A DNA stretch of 64,000 bases from Octopus sinensis (Eukaryota). This document shows positions 14,452 to 27,929 of the stretch, piece after piece; the first letter of the stretch is position 1, and each line of letters opens with the position of its first letter. Location: assembly GCF_006345805.1 (NCBI RefSeq), contig NC_043022.1, forward strand, positions 23,994,001 through 24,058,000, read 5' to 3'. The notes under the pieces are model-generated. The model saw only the letters and a program-made list of their open reading frames with translations, was not told the origin of the DNA and made no database searches. The position numbers and the translations under genes were made by a program.

Positions 14452-15085
14452 TTTCTTTACTACCCACAAGGGCTAGACTCAGAGAGCACAAACAAGGGCA
14501 GACAAACAGATTAAGTCGATTATATCGACCTCAGTGCGTAACTAGTACTTATTTAATCGACCCCGAAAGGATGAAAGGCAAAGTCGACCTCGGCGGAATT
14601 TGAACTCAGAACGTAGCGGCAGACAAAATACCTATTTCTATTTCTTTACTACCCACAAGGGATTAAACTCAGAGGGTACAAACAAGGACAGACAAAGGGA
14701 TCAAGTCGATTACATCGACCCCAGTGCGTAATTGGTACTTATTTAATCGACCCCGAAAGAATGAAAGGCAAAGTCGACCTCGGCGGAATTTGAACTCAGA
14801 ACGTAGCGGCAGACGAAATACCTATTTCTTTACTACCCACAAGGGGCTAAACACAGAGGGGACAAATAAGGACAGACAAAGGGATTAAGTCGATTAAATC
14901 GACACCAGTGCGTAACTGGTACTTATTTAATCGACCCCGAAAGGATGAAAGGCATAGTCGACCTCGGTATTCTGAGTTCAAATTTCGCCGAGATCGATTT
15001 TGCTTTTCATCCTTTCGGGGTCAATAAATTAAGTACTAGTGGAACACTGGGGTCGATGTAATCGACTATCCCCTCCCCGAAAAGG
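14452..15085 (-). mobile_element. SINE family A trimer plus an adjacent inverted partial copy
   Basis: Three ~180-bp units with junctions near 14630 and 14820; plus-strand copy from ~14970. Confidence 0.9.
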
Positions 15086-15087
15086 AC

Positions 15088-16076
15088 TAATTAGTATAGA
15101 TCATTGTATAAGGAACGGAAGGAGAATGCTTGCCGAGTATTTGATAAATAGAGATGAAGACCTGCTGCAATAAGATATGGGTGTAAATGCAGATGAAATG
15201 ATGGGCAAGGAGAAATTTAACCAAAGAGCTGAGAAGAGAAAGGAAGACCTTGAAATCAGAATGCATGGACAGTTTGAAAGCAATACACAGGACGTTAAGG
15301 ATAATACAGCATCGTGGGCATGGCTTGAGGTGATTTGAAGCGTACCACCGAAAGCCTGATCATTGCTGCCTAAGACCAGGCTCTCGCTACCAATTCAGTG
15401 AAGGATAACATCTATAAAACTTCTGACGCCCAGAAACGCAGACTCTGTGGAAAGAGTATAGAAAATGTGACCCACTTGGTAAGTGGATGTGAGAGCCTTG
15501 CACAAAAAGAATATAAGCCCCGTCACGATAAAGTGTGTGTGTGTGTATCTTCATTGGCTCTTATGCCATAAATACCAATACGAAGTAACAGAGAACTGGT
15601 GTGAGCATATACCAAGTAAAGTTATGCAAGAGGATGGAAAAGTAACGATATTCTGGGACTATGATTTTCAGACGGATCGTGTAATCGAACACCGTCGGCC
15701 AGATATTGCCGTATTGAATAAGAGAGACAAATACTGTCAGATCATTGATGTAGCCATACCAAATGACATGAATATTGTGAGTAAAGAGTTTGAAAAAAAT
15801 CACCAAGTACTCCGAATTGATAGTGGAAATGGCAAGACTGTATAGGATGCGAGGGGGTAATGTAAAAGTGATACCAGTGGTGATCGGAGCGTTGGGCTCA
15901 ATCCCATTGAAGCTTCAAAACTTTTTAAGGCAACCGGAAACCCCATGCAAAAAGCAGCCTTATTGGGCACAGCGCATATCTAAAGGAAAGTATTATCTGT
16001 CTGAGGTCCTTGTTGTGACTTGACAGGTGACTAAAGACCCCGGTGCATTTGTACGTACTCTGTGTTACGAAGGAAT
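15088..16076 (+). mobile_element. R4/Dong-clade LINE 3' fragment (CCHC plus RLE), frameshifted, ending in (TAA)n
   Basis: RLCGKSIENVTHLVSGCESLAQKEYKPRHDKV, IFWDYDFQTDRVIEHRRPDIAV, CQIIDVAIPNDMNI, VIPVVIGALG, GTAHI*RKVLSV*. Confidence 0.9.
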
Positions 16077-16077
16077 T

Positions 16078-16117
<40 letters not shown>

Positions 16118-16119
<2 letters not shown>

Positions 16120-16268
16120 GCACTACTAGGCACTGCACACATCCTACGCAGAACACTTTCAATACAATAACCATCAGAGCATCACAACAAATCACAGCAC
16201 ATACCCAAGGCACACAGAGCTGAGCTCGGTAGTGAAGTGAAAGCACGCTATAAAAATAAAACTACTGA
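16118..16268 (+). mobile_element. 5'-truncated R4/Dong-type LINE 3' end within a (TAA)n tract
   Basis: LGTAHILRRTLSIQ* plus 3' UTR, with TAA repeats on both sides. Confidence 0.7.
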
Positions 16269-16289
16269 ATAATAATAATAATAATAATA

Positions 16290-16328
<39 letters not shown>

Positions 16329-16782
16329 ACATAATTTTAGCGCTATCGATATGGTTATTATTTATCATTATCGACATCACTATTTTCGTCATTATAGTTA
16401 CCATCAGCATTATTATTATTGGTGCTGATGCTGGTGATGGCGATGCTGATGGCGGTGGCGGTGGTGCGGTGGTGGTGGTGGTGGTGGTTCTGTACCACGA
16501 AACACTTGTATTGACTCTCAATTAATACGTGACAAATAAGTGAGATCACACAATGAAACGTACCAATATTATTTGGAGAGGGGAAAGAGAGAGAGAGAAA
16601 GAGACAGAAGGAAGAGAAGAGAGAGAGAGAGAGAGAGAGAGCAATGAGAGGAAAGATATGGAGAGAAAAAGAAAGAATCTCAGATAATGGCTGAAATCTT
16701 TTATTGGTGGCCTCGCTCCAATTGTAATGGCGTTCAATTGATAAAGACAGACAGACCGGCAGGTAGACAGACAGATACTTAC

Positions 16783-16830
16783 AGAACAAATTGGCAGCCA
16801 TCTTTAGAATCATTGTTGGACCGATTCCAA
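16783..16830 (-). CDS. Candidate 48-nt symmetric cassette or start exon
   Basis: cctctctgtagttcttcag|TTGGAATC...TTTGTTCT|gtaagt. The phase-1 frame reads GIGPTMILKMAANLF and contains AAGATGGC (Kozak-like). Confidence 0.3.
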
Positions 16831-17061
16831 CTGAAGAACTACAGAGAGGACTGATATCGACCTGGTTTCTAATAACATAATAAATACACTTTCAATGATT
16901 TTCATTCGCTTCTATGAATTATTATATTATTATTATTACTATTATTTGGAGAGGGATTTTTTGGTTATTTTTTTATATTTCATTTGCTTTTATTTATTTG
17001 GTTTCTGGCGGAAATTGTTTCTTGCTGCCAGCGAAAACATGGCCTGGTGCCCTGGTTTATT

Positions 17062-17122
<61 letters not shown>

Positions 17123-17599
17123 CAACAATAACAATAGCAACAACAAATACAAATACAACAACAGCAATAGCAACAAATACAAATACAACAACAGCAATAG
17201 CAACAGGAAAAAGAACAATAATAACAGCAGCAGCAACAACAACAGCAATAATAATGATAATGATGACAATGACAACAGGAGCAAGAACAAGAATAACAAC
17301 AGTAGTAGTAGTATTAGCAATTATGATTATGATGATTTTAATGATAACACAACAAAAAAACAACAACAACAACAACAACAATAATAATAATAATAATAAT
17401 AACAACAACAACATGAATAATAATACTGTCTTCCTGTGGATCAGCGAAAGTACTTCCAATGATAAACTTCAACGATAAAATGGCAATAATAATTTTAAAA
17501 AAAAACGCAAACCCGACCATTACAGATTCAGTGAAAGGAGACACAAACATCAATATCACCAGGTTAAATGAAATAATATACGCAACAGTCAACGTAGTT

Positions 17600-19480
17600 G
17601 AAAAGAAAATGGGTATTCTCTGAGATGTAGTCGTATAGAAATATCAAAACCCAAGCAAACATTGAGAAAAAAAGTTAGAAAAGAAGAGGAATGAGAGAAA
17701 AGATCTTCCATTCCTTAGGGAATCAATAACGAAACGATGTTACTGAAGAAAAAAAAAAGAAGGAAGAAGAGATAAATTCTACAGAAATATAACATAAGCA
17801 AAAAAGATGAAAGAAAAAGGAAAAGAAATATCTGAAATTAAAGAACGCCTGAAACAAGAGTTTTTCGATAAATCACAAAGAAACCGCCGGTATGAAAAAC
17901 GGCAAGGATGTTTTAAGCAAAACAAACGATTTGATTCCAAACGAAGAACTTGGTGAAAAATAAAACAAGAAATCAATACAGCACCAACAGCAAGAGAAGT
18001 AGAACAATTATGGCGAGAATCAGAGACAGCGAAGAAGGAATTATGAAAAACGAATTTGTTTAAAACAACAGAACCGGTTACCTGAACAATCGTCAAGGAC
18101 TATATAAACGCTACAAGCAGCCCTTGCGCGTGAAAATACAAACAAATGGGAGCAGCGCTGGATTAGCCATTAAGCAAAATAAGCACGTGCTTATGGCATT
18201 AAGGGAAGTAGGGAAGGGGTACCGCAAAAAGAGTAAATGGTTTATGGCACAAAAGAAATTACTTTAAACTTGCTAAAATAATATTCGGGATGCCTTATCT
18301 CTATTAAGTATAGAAGCAGACATGTTATGGAAGATTAATTTTCAAGATCTAATCAACGACCTTGCAGTCAAAAATAGGAGAAAGCTTTTCAAATATAAAT
18401 AGTGGAAGTATACAAAAATAAACATTATTTTCCGTCTTACTGTTTAGATTTATTTCATTTTTTAAAATGACACTTTCTTTTATGGTTTATTATTGTTTAT
18501 ATTTTGAATTACACACATACACACACATATACAGGGGCAGTAAAATCTTTTTAAGTGCTCAGGGCCACTATAGGTCTTAACTGGGGTCGATCTAATTGAC
18601 TGGCCCCCTCCCCCAAAATTTCGGGCCTTGTGCCTAAATTAGAAAAGAAGCAGCAACACCATTATAAAAAAAAAATGCTGGAATTGCATTAGGAACTTGG
18701 TAAAGTCTAACAAACCCTTCCTACTGTCACACTACAGACTTTCCTAAGGTTCGGTTATACCAGTCACTCTCAGTCGGGGTCCATATGACCATTGTGGGGT
18801 GTCCATAAGAGATTTTACTATTGAAATTTATGTGCAATAAATTACTTAAACTTCTAAAATACAATAAATATTTTAAACATTTTTTTAATACAAATTCCTA
18901 ATGATATTTAAGCCTCAAAATATAATAGTATTTTTTAAGTGCTGAATGGCTATGAGAATCTGGCCCTGATTAGGAAATAAGATGCCAAACTTCGCGGTTG
19001 GAATACTTTAACAAGGACACATAAGGTGTTCGCGGAGATAAAAGTGGAGTCGTAGACAACACTTGAGAGACTCACCGAGACAAGAGAAGCAGCTTAATCT
19101 CCTTGACTAAATAAACAAGCCTTAAAAACAGTCGACAGCAAAACATCGTGACGGATAAATATCTGTAAAAGAACATCCTGTTTCCGGAATAGTTGGAGGA
19201 AGCTCTAAAGAGTCTTATGGCTGATCAATTACTGGTCAATAAAGCCATAACTTGAAACTATCGGAAGAGAAAGAGGGATCTGAGTACAGTATTGGATGGT
19301 TATCAAAACATCTTTGATAGGATCCACTAAGCATCGACAAACTTTCAACGAGATCTTAATTCTCAGTATTTGATCTCCTTTTCCCTCAAATCTATCATGG
19401 CTTATCATAAATAACACCTACCGTAAAAAGGTCCAACTCTGCTGTTCCCTGATGTCTCTTGACGACACTTAGAACAACTC
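17600..19480 (+). mobile_element. Heavily decayed R4/Dong-type LINE (pre-RT and RT region) interrupted by a hAT element
   Basis: EIKERLKQEFFDKSQRNRRYEKRQGCFKQNKRF (~17830-17935) and DQLLVNKAIT*NYRKRKRDLSTVLDGYQNIFDRIH (~19222-19330), resembling the R4 RT motif DQLLIN...AWxDYxKAFDSVPH. Confidence 0.65.
18153..18968 (+). mobile_element. Internally deleted hAT DNA transposon
   Basis: Imperfect TIRs cagcgctggatt / aatctggccctg. C-terminal dimerisation-like peptide DALSLLSIEADMLWKINFQDLINDLAVKNRRK at 18289-18402. Degenerate 8-bp flanks aatgggag / attaggaa. Confidence 0.65.
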
Positions 19481-19518
19481 GTATGGAACAAAGCAACCAC
19501 AACAACGAAAACCTAACG

Positions 19519-19549
<31 letters not shown>

Positions 19550-19737
19550 GTAGTATTATTATTAGTAGTAGTAGTAGTAGTAGTAGTAGTAGCAGCAGCA
19601 GTAGTAGTAGTAGTATAGTAGTAGTAGTTAGTTGTTGTTGTTGTTGTTGTAGTTGTTGTAGTAAGGCAGCGAGCCTGTAGAATCGTTACTACTGTCACCA
19701 CAACAACTACCACCACAACAACAACAACTACTACTAT

Positions 19738-19775
<38 letters not shown>

Positions 19776-20279
19776 TTACTACTACTACTACTACAACCAC
19801 CTCCTTAGTAGTAAGGGCAAATTGCTTAACGATATTTCGTCCGTCTTTACGTTCTGAGATCAAATTCCGCCAAGGTCGACTTGGTCTTTCGTCCTCCCGG
19901 GGTAGATAGAACAAGTATCAGTTGAACTCTGGGATCGATGTAATCGACTCATCCCCTCCCTCAAAATTGCCACCCTTGTGACAAAATTTGAAACGATTAT
20001 TATTATTATTATTATTATTATTATTGTTGTTGTTGTTGTTGTTGTTGTTCAAGGCTGTCAGAACCGTTAACAGTCCCGACAAAATGTTTAGTAGCATTCT
20101 GTCCATAAATACGAGTTCAAATTCCGCCGACGTAAACTTTGCTTTCCATCCCGTCGGGGGTCAATAAAATATAACGAATACCGGGGTACATGTAATCGAC
20201 TATACCCCTCCCCCAACATTTCACGCATTGTGTCTATAGTAGAAAGGATTATTATCATTATTATTATTATTATTATTAT

Positions 20280-20325
<46 letters not shown>

Positions 20326-20499
20326 GGTGGTGGTGGTGGTGGTAGTAGTAGTAGTAGTAGTAATATCATCATCATCAGAAGCAGCAGCAGTAGTAGTAGT
20401 AGTAGTAGTAGTATCATCATCAGAAGCAGCAGTTGTTGTTGTTGTAGTAGTAGTAGTGGTAGCAGCAGCAGCAGTAGTAGTAGTATCATCATCATCAGA

Positions 20500-20563
<64 letters not shown>

Positions 20564-21089
20564 TCATCAGAAGCAGCAGCAGCAGTAGTAGTAGTAGTAG
20601 TACGAAGAGCTGGTTAGAGCAGTGTATATATTATCGTTGTTATTATACTTCCCCGGGCGGAAACATTTCTCGCCGTCTGTGAGTGTGGGGGGGAAACAAA
20701 TGTCTAATAAAGCTGTTGCTGTTTTTGTTGTTGTTTTTCTGCCCCCAGGGTTACTGAAATTAAAAGAGAGACAGCTTAGTGTATTGACTCACAATTTCTC
20801 AGCAAAATGTCTGCAATTTGCAAACGTTTTGCCGGAAGCTAATGGCGGATATCTTGGTTGAAGTAATGATAGAAGCTTCATCTACATCATTGCTGCTATT
20901 TCCAATATCATTCATTCCTACCACAATACATACATATACGTTCGTACGTTCATACCCACATATACATACCCATACACGAATGCACGCATGCGCGCGGCAC
21001 ACGCAAACACAGATACAGATATATAATGTGCTTATGTGTGTGTATATAAGTACATGTACATCAACATACATGTGTACCTGTTTGCGTGA

Positions 21090-21141
<52 letters not shown>

Positions 21142-21924
21142 TGTGTGTGTGTATGTATGTATGTATATATACCACAATACATACATATGCACGCATGCGA
21201 GCAGCACACACAAACACAGATATATACTGTGCTTATGTGTGCGTATATGAGTCCATGTACATCAACATACATGTGTATCTGTTTGCGCGCGTGTGTGTGT
21301 GTATATATATATGTGCGTGTGTGTGTGTATGTGTGTGTACCGAGGGTGGGAAGGACACACACACACACACATGCATACATTCATTAGCACATACACTAAC
21401 AGAAAAACAGGTAAAAACCAGCCTAACATAAAAAACACCCATACACACACACACGCTTTCTCTCTCTTCTCTCTCTCAGTCACTTTCTTTCTCTCTCTCT
21501 CTTTCTTTCTCTCTCTCTCTCTCGCACACACAAGCACAGTCACTCACACTCATATACATACATATACATATATACTTGGTGTATATGCGTATATACACAC
21601 ATATACATACGTGCATGCAACGATGCACACATACAGACAGATAGACAGACATACACACATACACTTATACACATAAATACGTGTATACATATTCATACAC
21701 ACATGCATTCTTACATACGTATATACACGTCCATTCACACATACATACCCATATACATATATATAGACATACATACCTATATACATAACATACACACACT
21801 CATATAACTACATACATATCGAACAAACCCTGATAATACTACTAATAATAATAATCAGTTGTCCTTTTCCATTCTGATGGGATGTTTAATGTAGCGTTGG
21901 TTATGTGTGTGTGTGTGCGTGTGT

Positions 21925-21937
21925 ATCTATCTAACTA

Positions 21938-22007
<70 letters not shown>

Positions 22008-22033
22008 ATCAATCTCTCTCTCTCTCTCTCTCT

Positions 22034-22074
<41 letters not shown>

Positions 22075-22172
22075 GTGTATGTATTTATGTATGTATGTAT
22101 GTGTGTATATATATATGTATATATATATGTTGTGTGTATGTATATATATATATATTATATATATATATATAT

Positions 22173-22223
<51 letters not shown>

Positions 22224-22475
22224 CTATATATTGCATACAGACACACATATGTACATGCACACGCACACAAATATACTATGTATATCTATATATAAATGTG
22301 TGTGTCTGATATATACATATACATATATGTTGTATTATATATATGTATATATGTATGGATATATAGTATGTATGTATATTATATATATGTGTGTGTGTAT
22401 GAATATTATATATATATTATATATATATATATATCTATATATATATATAATGTATATATAATATATGTGTGTGTG

Positions 22476-22510
<35 letters not shown>

Positions 22511-22580
22511 GTATATAATATAATATGTGTGTGGTATGTTGCGTTATATATATTTATATATAAATATATATATATATATA
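21925..22580. repeat. (TATC)n-(TC)n-(TA)n compound microsatellite
   Basis: Direct reading. Confidence 0.95.
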
Positions 22581-23215
22581 TGCAGATACACACGCATACA
22601 CACACCTTTGTGTGTGTGTGTGTAAGCTAATGCAAATGATTCCATTACCATCGTTGCCCGTCCACTCATCTCCTTATTTTCTTCTCACTGACTTATCAGC
22701 TCTGAGATATTTTACTGCTGCAGGGTGTCCAGGAGTCTGAAGGAGGGGTCATGGTTGGGTGGGGCTTGAGGGTTCTTAATATGTACGATAACTGAGTGAA
22801 GAAGACAATGTAGCTCTTGTTTGAGACTAGGTGTTGTTAACCAGACACGTGAGTTGTCAGAGAGAGAGAGAGAGAGAGAGAGAGCGGGTAGGAATAGAGG
22901 AGAAAGGATGGGAGGAGGTGGTTGTAGTAGTAGTAGTAGTAGTAGTAATAGTGGTGGTGATAGTAGTAGTTGTGGTGGTGGTGGTAGTGATGGTGATAGT
23001 AGTAGTAGTAGCAGTGGGGGTGGGGTATTGGTGGCGGTGGACGTAGTAGTAGTAGTAGTAGTAGTAGTAGTAACGGCGGTGGTAGTACAACTAGTGGTGG
23101 TGGTGGTGGTGGTGGTGGTGGTGGTAGTGTTTGGTGATACTAGTAGTAGCACTAAGGAGACGAAGAAGACGAAGAAGAACGAGAAGGGTAAGCAGAAGAA
23201 TGGAAAGGAAAACAA

Positions 23216-23246
<31 letters not shown>

Positions 23247-23694
23247 GAAGAAGAAGAAGAAGAAAAAGAAAATCAGCTGCAACAACAACAGCAACAATCC
23301 CGTGATGCAAAAAGAGAAACGAAGAAAAAAGGTGAAAGAAAATCATGAAGAAAAAATGTAACAAAGCGAACGTTGAGGTGAGGAATGTAAAGTAGACAGG
23401 GCCAGCAGTGTGGGGCGAGGATGGAGAGGGGAAATTATTTGACAAGAACCACATAAAGTGAACAGGGAGTATAATTAAAAGACTAATTGCACGGTTTTTG
23501 AAGCAAATTACTAAATAGGGTGCTATGAAGGGTGGGTCGAATACGTTGTTATTAGATAAGGTGACGAACTAGTAAAAATCGTTAACATGCCGGACGAGAT
23601 GTTTAACAGCTTTTTTACCGGCTTTATGTTCTGAGTTCAAATGCTATCGAGGCCGACTTTGCCTTTCATCTTTTCGTGATCGATAAAATCGTGT

Positions 23695-24073
23695 CACTCC
23701 GTCGGTTACGGCGACGAGGGTTCCAGTTGATCTGATCAACTGAACAACCTGCTCGTGAAATTAACATACAACTGGCTGAGCACTCCACAGACATGTGTAC
23801 CCTTAATGTAGTTCTCGGGGGAGATTCAGCGTGACAGATAGTGTGACAAGACTGGCCCTTTGAAATACGGGTGCAACAAAAACAGGAAGAACGTGTTAGA
23901 GAAAGTTGTGGTGAAAGAGTACAGCAGGGTTCGCCACACACACCTCCTACCGGAGCCTCGCGGAGCTTTAGGTCTTTTCGCTCAATAAACACTCACAGCG
24001 CCCGGTCTGGGAATCGAAACCGCGATCCTACGACCGCGAGTCCTCCGCCCTACCATTGAGCCATTGCGCCTCC
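23695..24073 (-). mobile_element. SINE family C, full-length
   Basis: Head ggaggcgcaatggctcaatggtaggg...ggtttcgattcccagaccggg. Relatives at 36669-36950 (+), 56911-57207 (-) and 63491-63792 (+). Confidence 0.85.
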
Positions 24074-24700
24074 ATAGCGATAAAATAAGTAGCAGTGAAA
24101 GTGCTCGGGACGTTGTAACTGACTCCCTTCCTTAAAATATTAAGCTTTGTGCCTTTAATAGAAAGGATTATTGCGGGGTAAACAAAATAAAAAAACTCTG
24201 ATTTAGTCTCAAGGGCAGGTGAATCTTTACCATCGATTCTAATATTTAATTAGTTCTGTATTTTTATCAACCAGGCTGAGAGATGTAAGGCAAAGCTGAC
24301 TTCAGCGAGATCTGAACTCGGAACGTAATGTGTTAAAAGAAATACATAAAACTGTTGGACGCAACCATTTAAAAAAAAAATCTATTGTCCCCTTTTAATT
24401 TCTGTTCTGCTCTGGTGGACTCTGCTGTCATTCGACATTTTACGGACTAGTTTTATAGAAACTTCTTTCAAAATTCCTATTTTGTTTTTGCCATTTGTGA
24501 ATCGTTAGAAAAAGCTTTATTTCTTGCAACAAATATATCTAAACTAAAAATTGTTCCGTGAACTCCTAAAATTCCGTGGATTCCTATTTTACTGTTTCAT
24601 TCGCATAGATCACCAAAAACTTTATATGAACCCTTAGAGGTCATGTAGATCCCGGTTCAGAGCCACAGACATAAAGCATTTTCCCTGTAGTGTAACGATT

Positions 24701-25024
24701 AGGCATACCTCAACTTACGTGGATAATTAGTTTCAAGATATGCGATTTAACTCGAAGAACAACGTAACGCGAAGAAGCAATTTAAAAACATTATCCACTG
24801 ACTAAAAGGTATGTACATATTTTCATAGATATCTTACTTGATTTTCTACTTCAGTATTGGTTTTCAGATGTTTTTTTCTTTTTTAAATCTTTATGCTTTT
24901 AAATATGCTCGCTGAGATCGACGTAAAATCGGATAAATCGACGCAAGTTGAGGTTCAATTTTTTAAATGAATTTCTTTAAAACAAAAGACGTAACTCTAA
25001 ACGACGTGAGTAGAGGTATGCCAG
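24701..25024. mobile_element. Tigger/pogo-like MITE
   Basis: TIRs aggcatacctcaacttacg / cgtgagtagaggtatgccag, followed by TA on the right. Confidence 0.6.
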
Positions 25025-25079
25025 TATAGTGCCGAGTTGAGGTGAATTCTGACATGATCCACATGCTTGGTTATTCTAG

Positions 25080-25498
25080 GGATCTTTTCCGTTTGAATGG
25101 CAGTTTTTTCTAGCGGTGTCATATGAAATTGTCACCCATAATTATGACCCTAGTATCGGTCTATTGCATTTAAATCTGTTTTAGAGTTAGGGTTACTTAG
25201 GGGTGGGGGAAGGGTATCTTTTTTTCTTCACAAATGTAAATAAACCCAATCTGTTTCTTAACGAGGGACATATTCAAGACGGCACAGAATGTTTTTTTAC
25301 CTCATGGACGTCATTGATTGGTTGGAATTGCAGAAAGAAAGAAAAAAAACAACAAATATCTTACAAGCTATAGAATTTTCTCAATAAAGCCATGAGAAAA
25401 AGATGTTTTATGAACTCATTCTACCAGTATACGAAGTTTAAAAGTTTTTAGTTACCTAGAAATTATGTTAAAAACTGCCGTTCAAACCGAAAAGATCC
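25080..25498. mobile_element. MITE with ~29-bp TIRs GGATCTTTTC(C/G)GTTTGAA(T/C)GGCAGTTTTT; Merlin-like
   Basis: TIRs present at both ends. Degenerate 8-bp TSD tattctag / atttctag. Opposite orientation to the other two copies. Confidence 0.85.
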
Positions 25499-26920
25499 AT
25501 TTCTAGAAACGGTGTAAGAGAATCTAAACATTTTTTCGAGTGATGCCAAATTTTTTGCTTTTTTCCCTTTTTTTATGGCCAAAATCTGTCCAGAGTGAGA
25601 TGATGAGGAATTCTAAAAAATTTTTAAACTTTTCTCACAATAAGATGCTTCCCATCATTTCGAAAGTTGTGGGGAAAATCCTCGTAAAAACGGTTTAGTT
25701 CCAACTTATATGGTCTTCCTGGCCCGAAACTCATTTCCTCACTCCCTCGGAAAAAACATTTCCCTACAAATTTCTTTATAATTGTAATCTATGCCGTTTG
25801 AAAGGCATTTGTATAAAATGTCATTAAAATATATCCATTTTCCTGAAAGTTATGACGGAAAATAGTTGGATCGTGTGAATTCCGAAACTCCTCTCACTAC
25901 ACCCTCGAAAATATTCTTTCCCGTCGATCTCTACATACTCTAAATCCACAGCATCAAAGCGATATTTGTTGAAAATTTTGTTAAAAAGTATCCATTTTTC
26001 TGGAAGTTATGAGGCAACAAAGTCGGTGGGGTACACATATGTAGCTATGTCAGTTTTGTGTTTACTTGCGTGCGTGCTTGTCCGTAATTGAAAACAGCCA
26101 AACCGGCGCATAATAGGAAAATACTCTAAAAGTAAGACACCCATGAAATGTGAATACAAACTGAATAAAACAAGTTTCGCGTAAATAGGACCACGGATTC
26201 CTGAGATACGCGGTTTTTTGGGGTACCTTCATAAATAGCCAAAACAGTACATAATGGGAAAATACACCGAAAGTAACATAATCCTGAAATGGGAAAACTG
26301 TTTCTATTAATTTTATGCTTACATTATATAACAATTCCTTTTGCATTTTTGTAGAAGTGTGCACACATGCCATAAATTAATGCTATTACTGGAGTTCAGG
26401 TTTATTCCGGAAGTTCTATTTCAATTAGATGCTGTAAGTAAGCAATAAAATCTTAAACGTGAACTTGTAAACCAGAACTATTATGACAGGAGTGAATTGA
26501 AAAATTTAACTAAATCATCATAAAATGAGCTTTCATTTCAATGCAATGTCGAAATCAGCTTCAGTGTTTTATAACCTGAACCGTCAGTGACCCAACGAGT
26601 CACGGATAGTATAGTATATATTATATATACGTTGGGCTTCTTTCAGTTTTCGTCAACCAGATCCACTCACATGGCTTCAGTTGGCCAGAGGCTATACTCT
26701 CTTTTACTCTTTTATTTGTTTCAGTCATTTGACTGCGGCCATGCTGGAGCACCGCCTTTAGTCGAGCAAATCTACCCCAGGACTTCTTCTTTGTAAGCCT
26801 AGTACTTATTCTATCGGTCTCTTTTGCCGAACCGCTAAGTGACGGGGACGTAAATACACCAGCATCGGTTGTCAAGCGATGATGGAGGGACAAACACAGA
26901 CACAAATATATACACACACA

Positions 26921-26956
<36 letters not shown>

Positions 26957-27793
26957 TATATATACATACATATATTCGATGGGCTTCTTTCAGTTTCCGT
27001 CTCCCAAATCCACTCACAAGGCTTTGGTCGGCCCGAGGCTATAGTAGAAGAAATTTAACGAAGATGCCACGCAGTGGGACTGAACCCAGAACCATGTGTT
27101 TGAAGAGCAAACTTCTTACCACTCGTGAATTTTATTGAAACAAAAATACGAAAACAAATATGTCCGACAATAAATCTCGCTTAACATAACAAAATACAAT
27201 AAAATAAATGAAATAAAAGGAAAACGAATAAAATAAAATAAAATAAAACAAGTTATTTGCTTTTTGGAATTTTTAGTCGATAAATTAGCATTTTCACACA
27301 GTTTTACTGCATCAATAAATTATGTATGAATGAGAGAGATGGGGGGAGAGACAGGTACAGACAGACAAAGAAAGGGGGAGTCAAACAGATAGTTAGAAAA
27401 GTGAGTGGGAGGGAGAGAGATCGCTCTAGAGGGAAAGGGGGAAAGAGAAATGGATAGAGGAGAAGAGGGACATAGAGGGAAAAGAACAAACGCTGGAAAG
27501 CGAGAGAGGGAGAAAGAGTTATAGCTAGAGAGAGAGAGAGAGAGAAAGAGGTAAAGAAAGTGAGAGTTAAAGAAACCTAGACATTGAGAGAAATAAAGGC
27601 GATGAGTGAGAAAAAGATATATATATATATATACACACATATATATATACACATATATATATATGCATATATATCATACACATATATATATAATATATAT
27701 ATATACATATATATATACATATATATATATACATATATATATTATACATATATATTATACATATATATATACATATATATATACATACGTATA

Positions 27794-27857
<64 letters not shown>

Positions 27858-27881
27858 CACTATATAAACACAACACACCAC

Positions 27882-27929
<48 letters not shown>

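Noticed and set aside
14452-14968. Regular direct repeats as a possible CRISPR array
   Set aside because: ~180-bp SINE units with no unique spacers and no cas genes, in eukaryotic context.
20920-21320. Local ~230-bp duplication and higher-order trinucleotide units at 20364-20600
   Set aside because: Ordinary slippage or unequal-exchange products within microsatellite.
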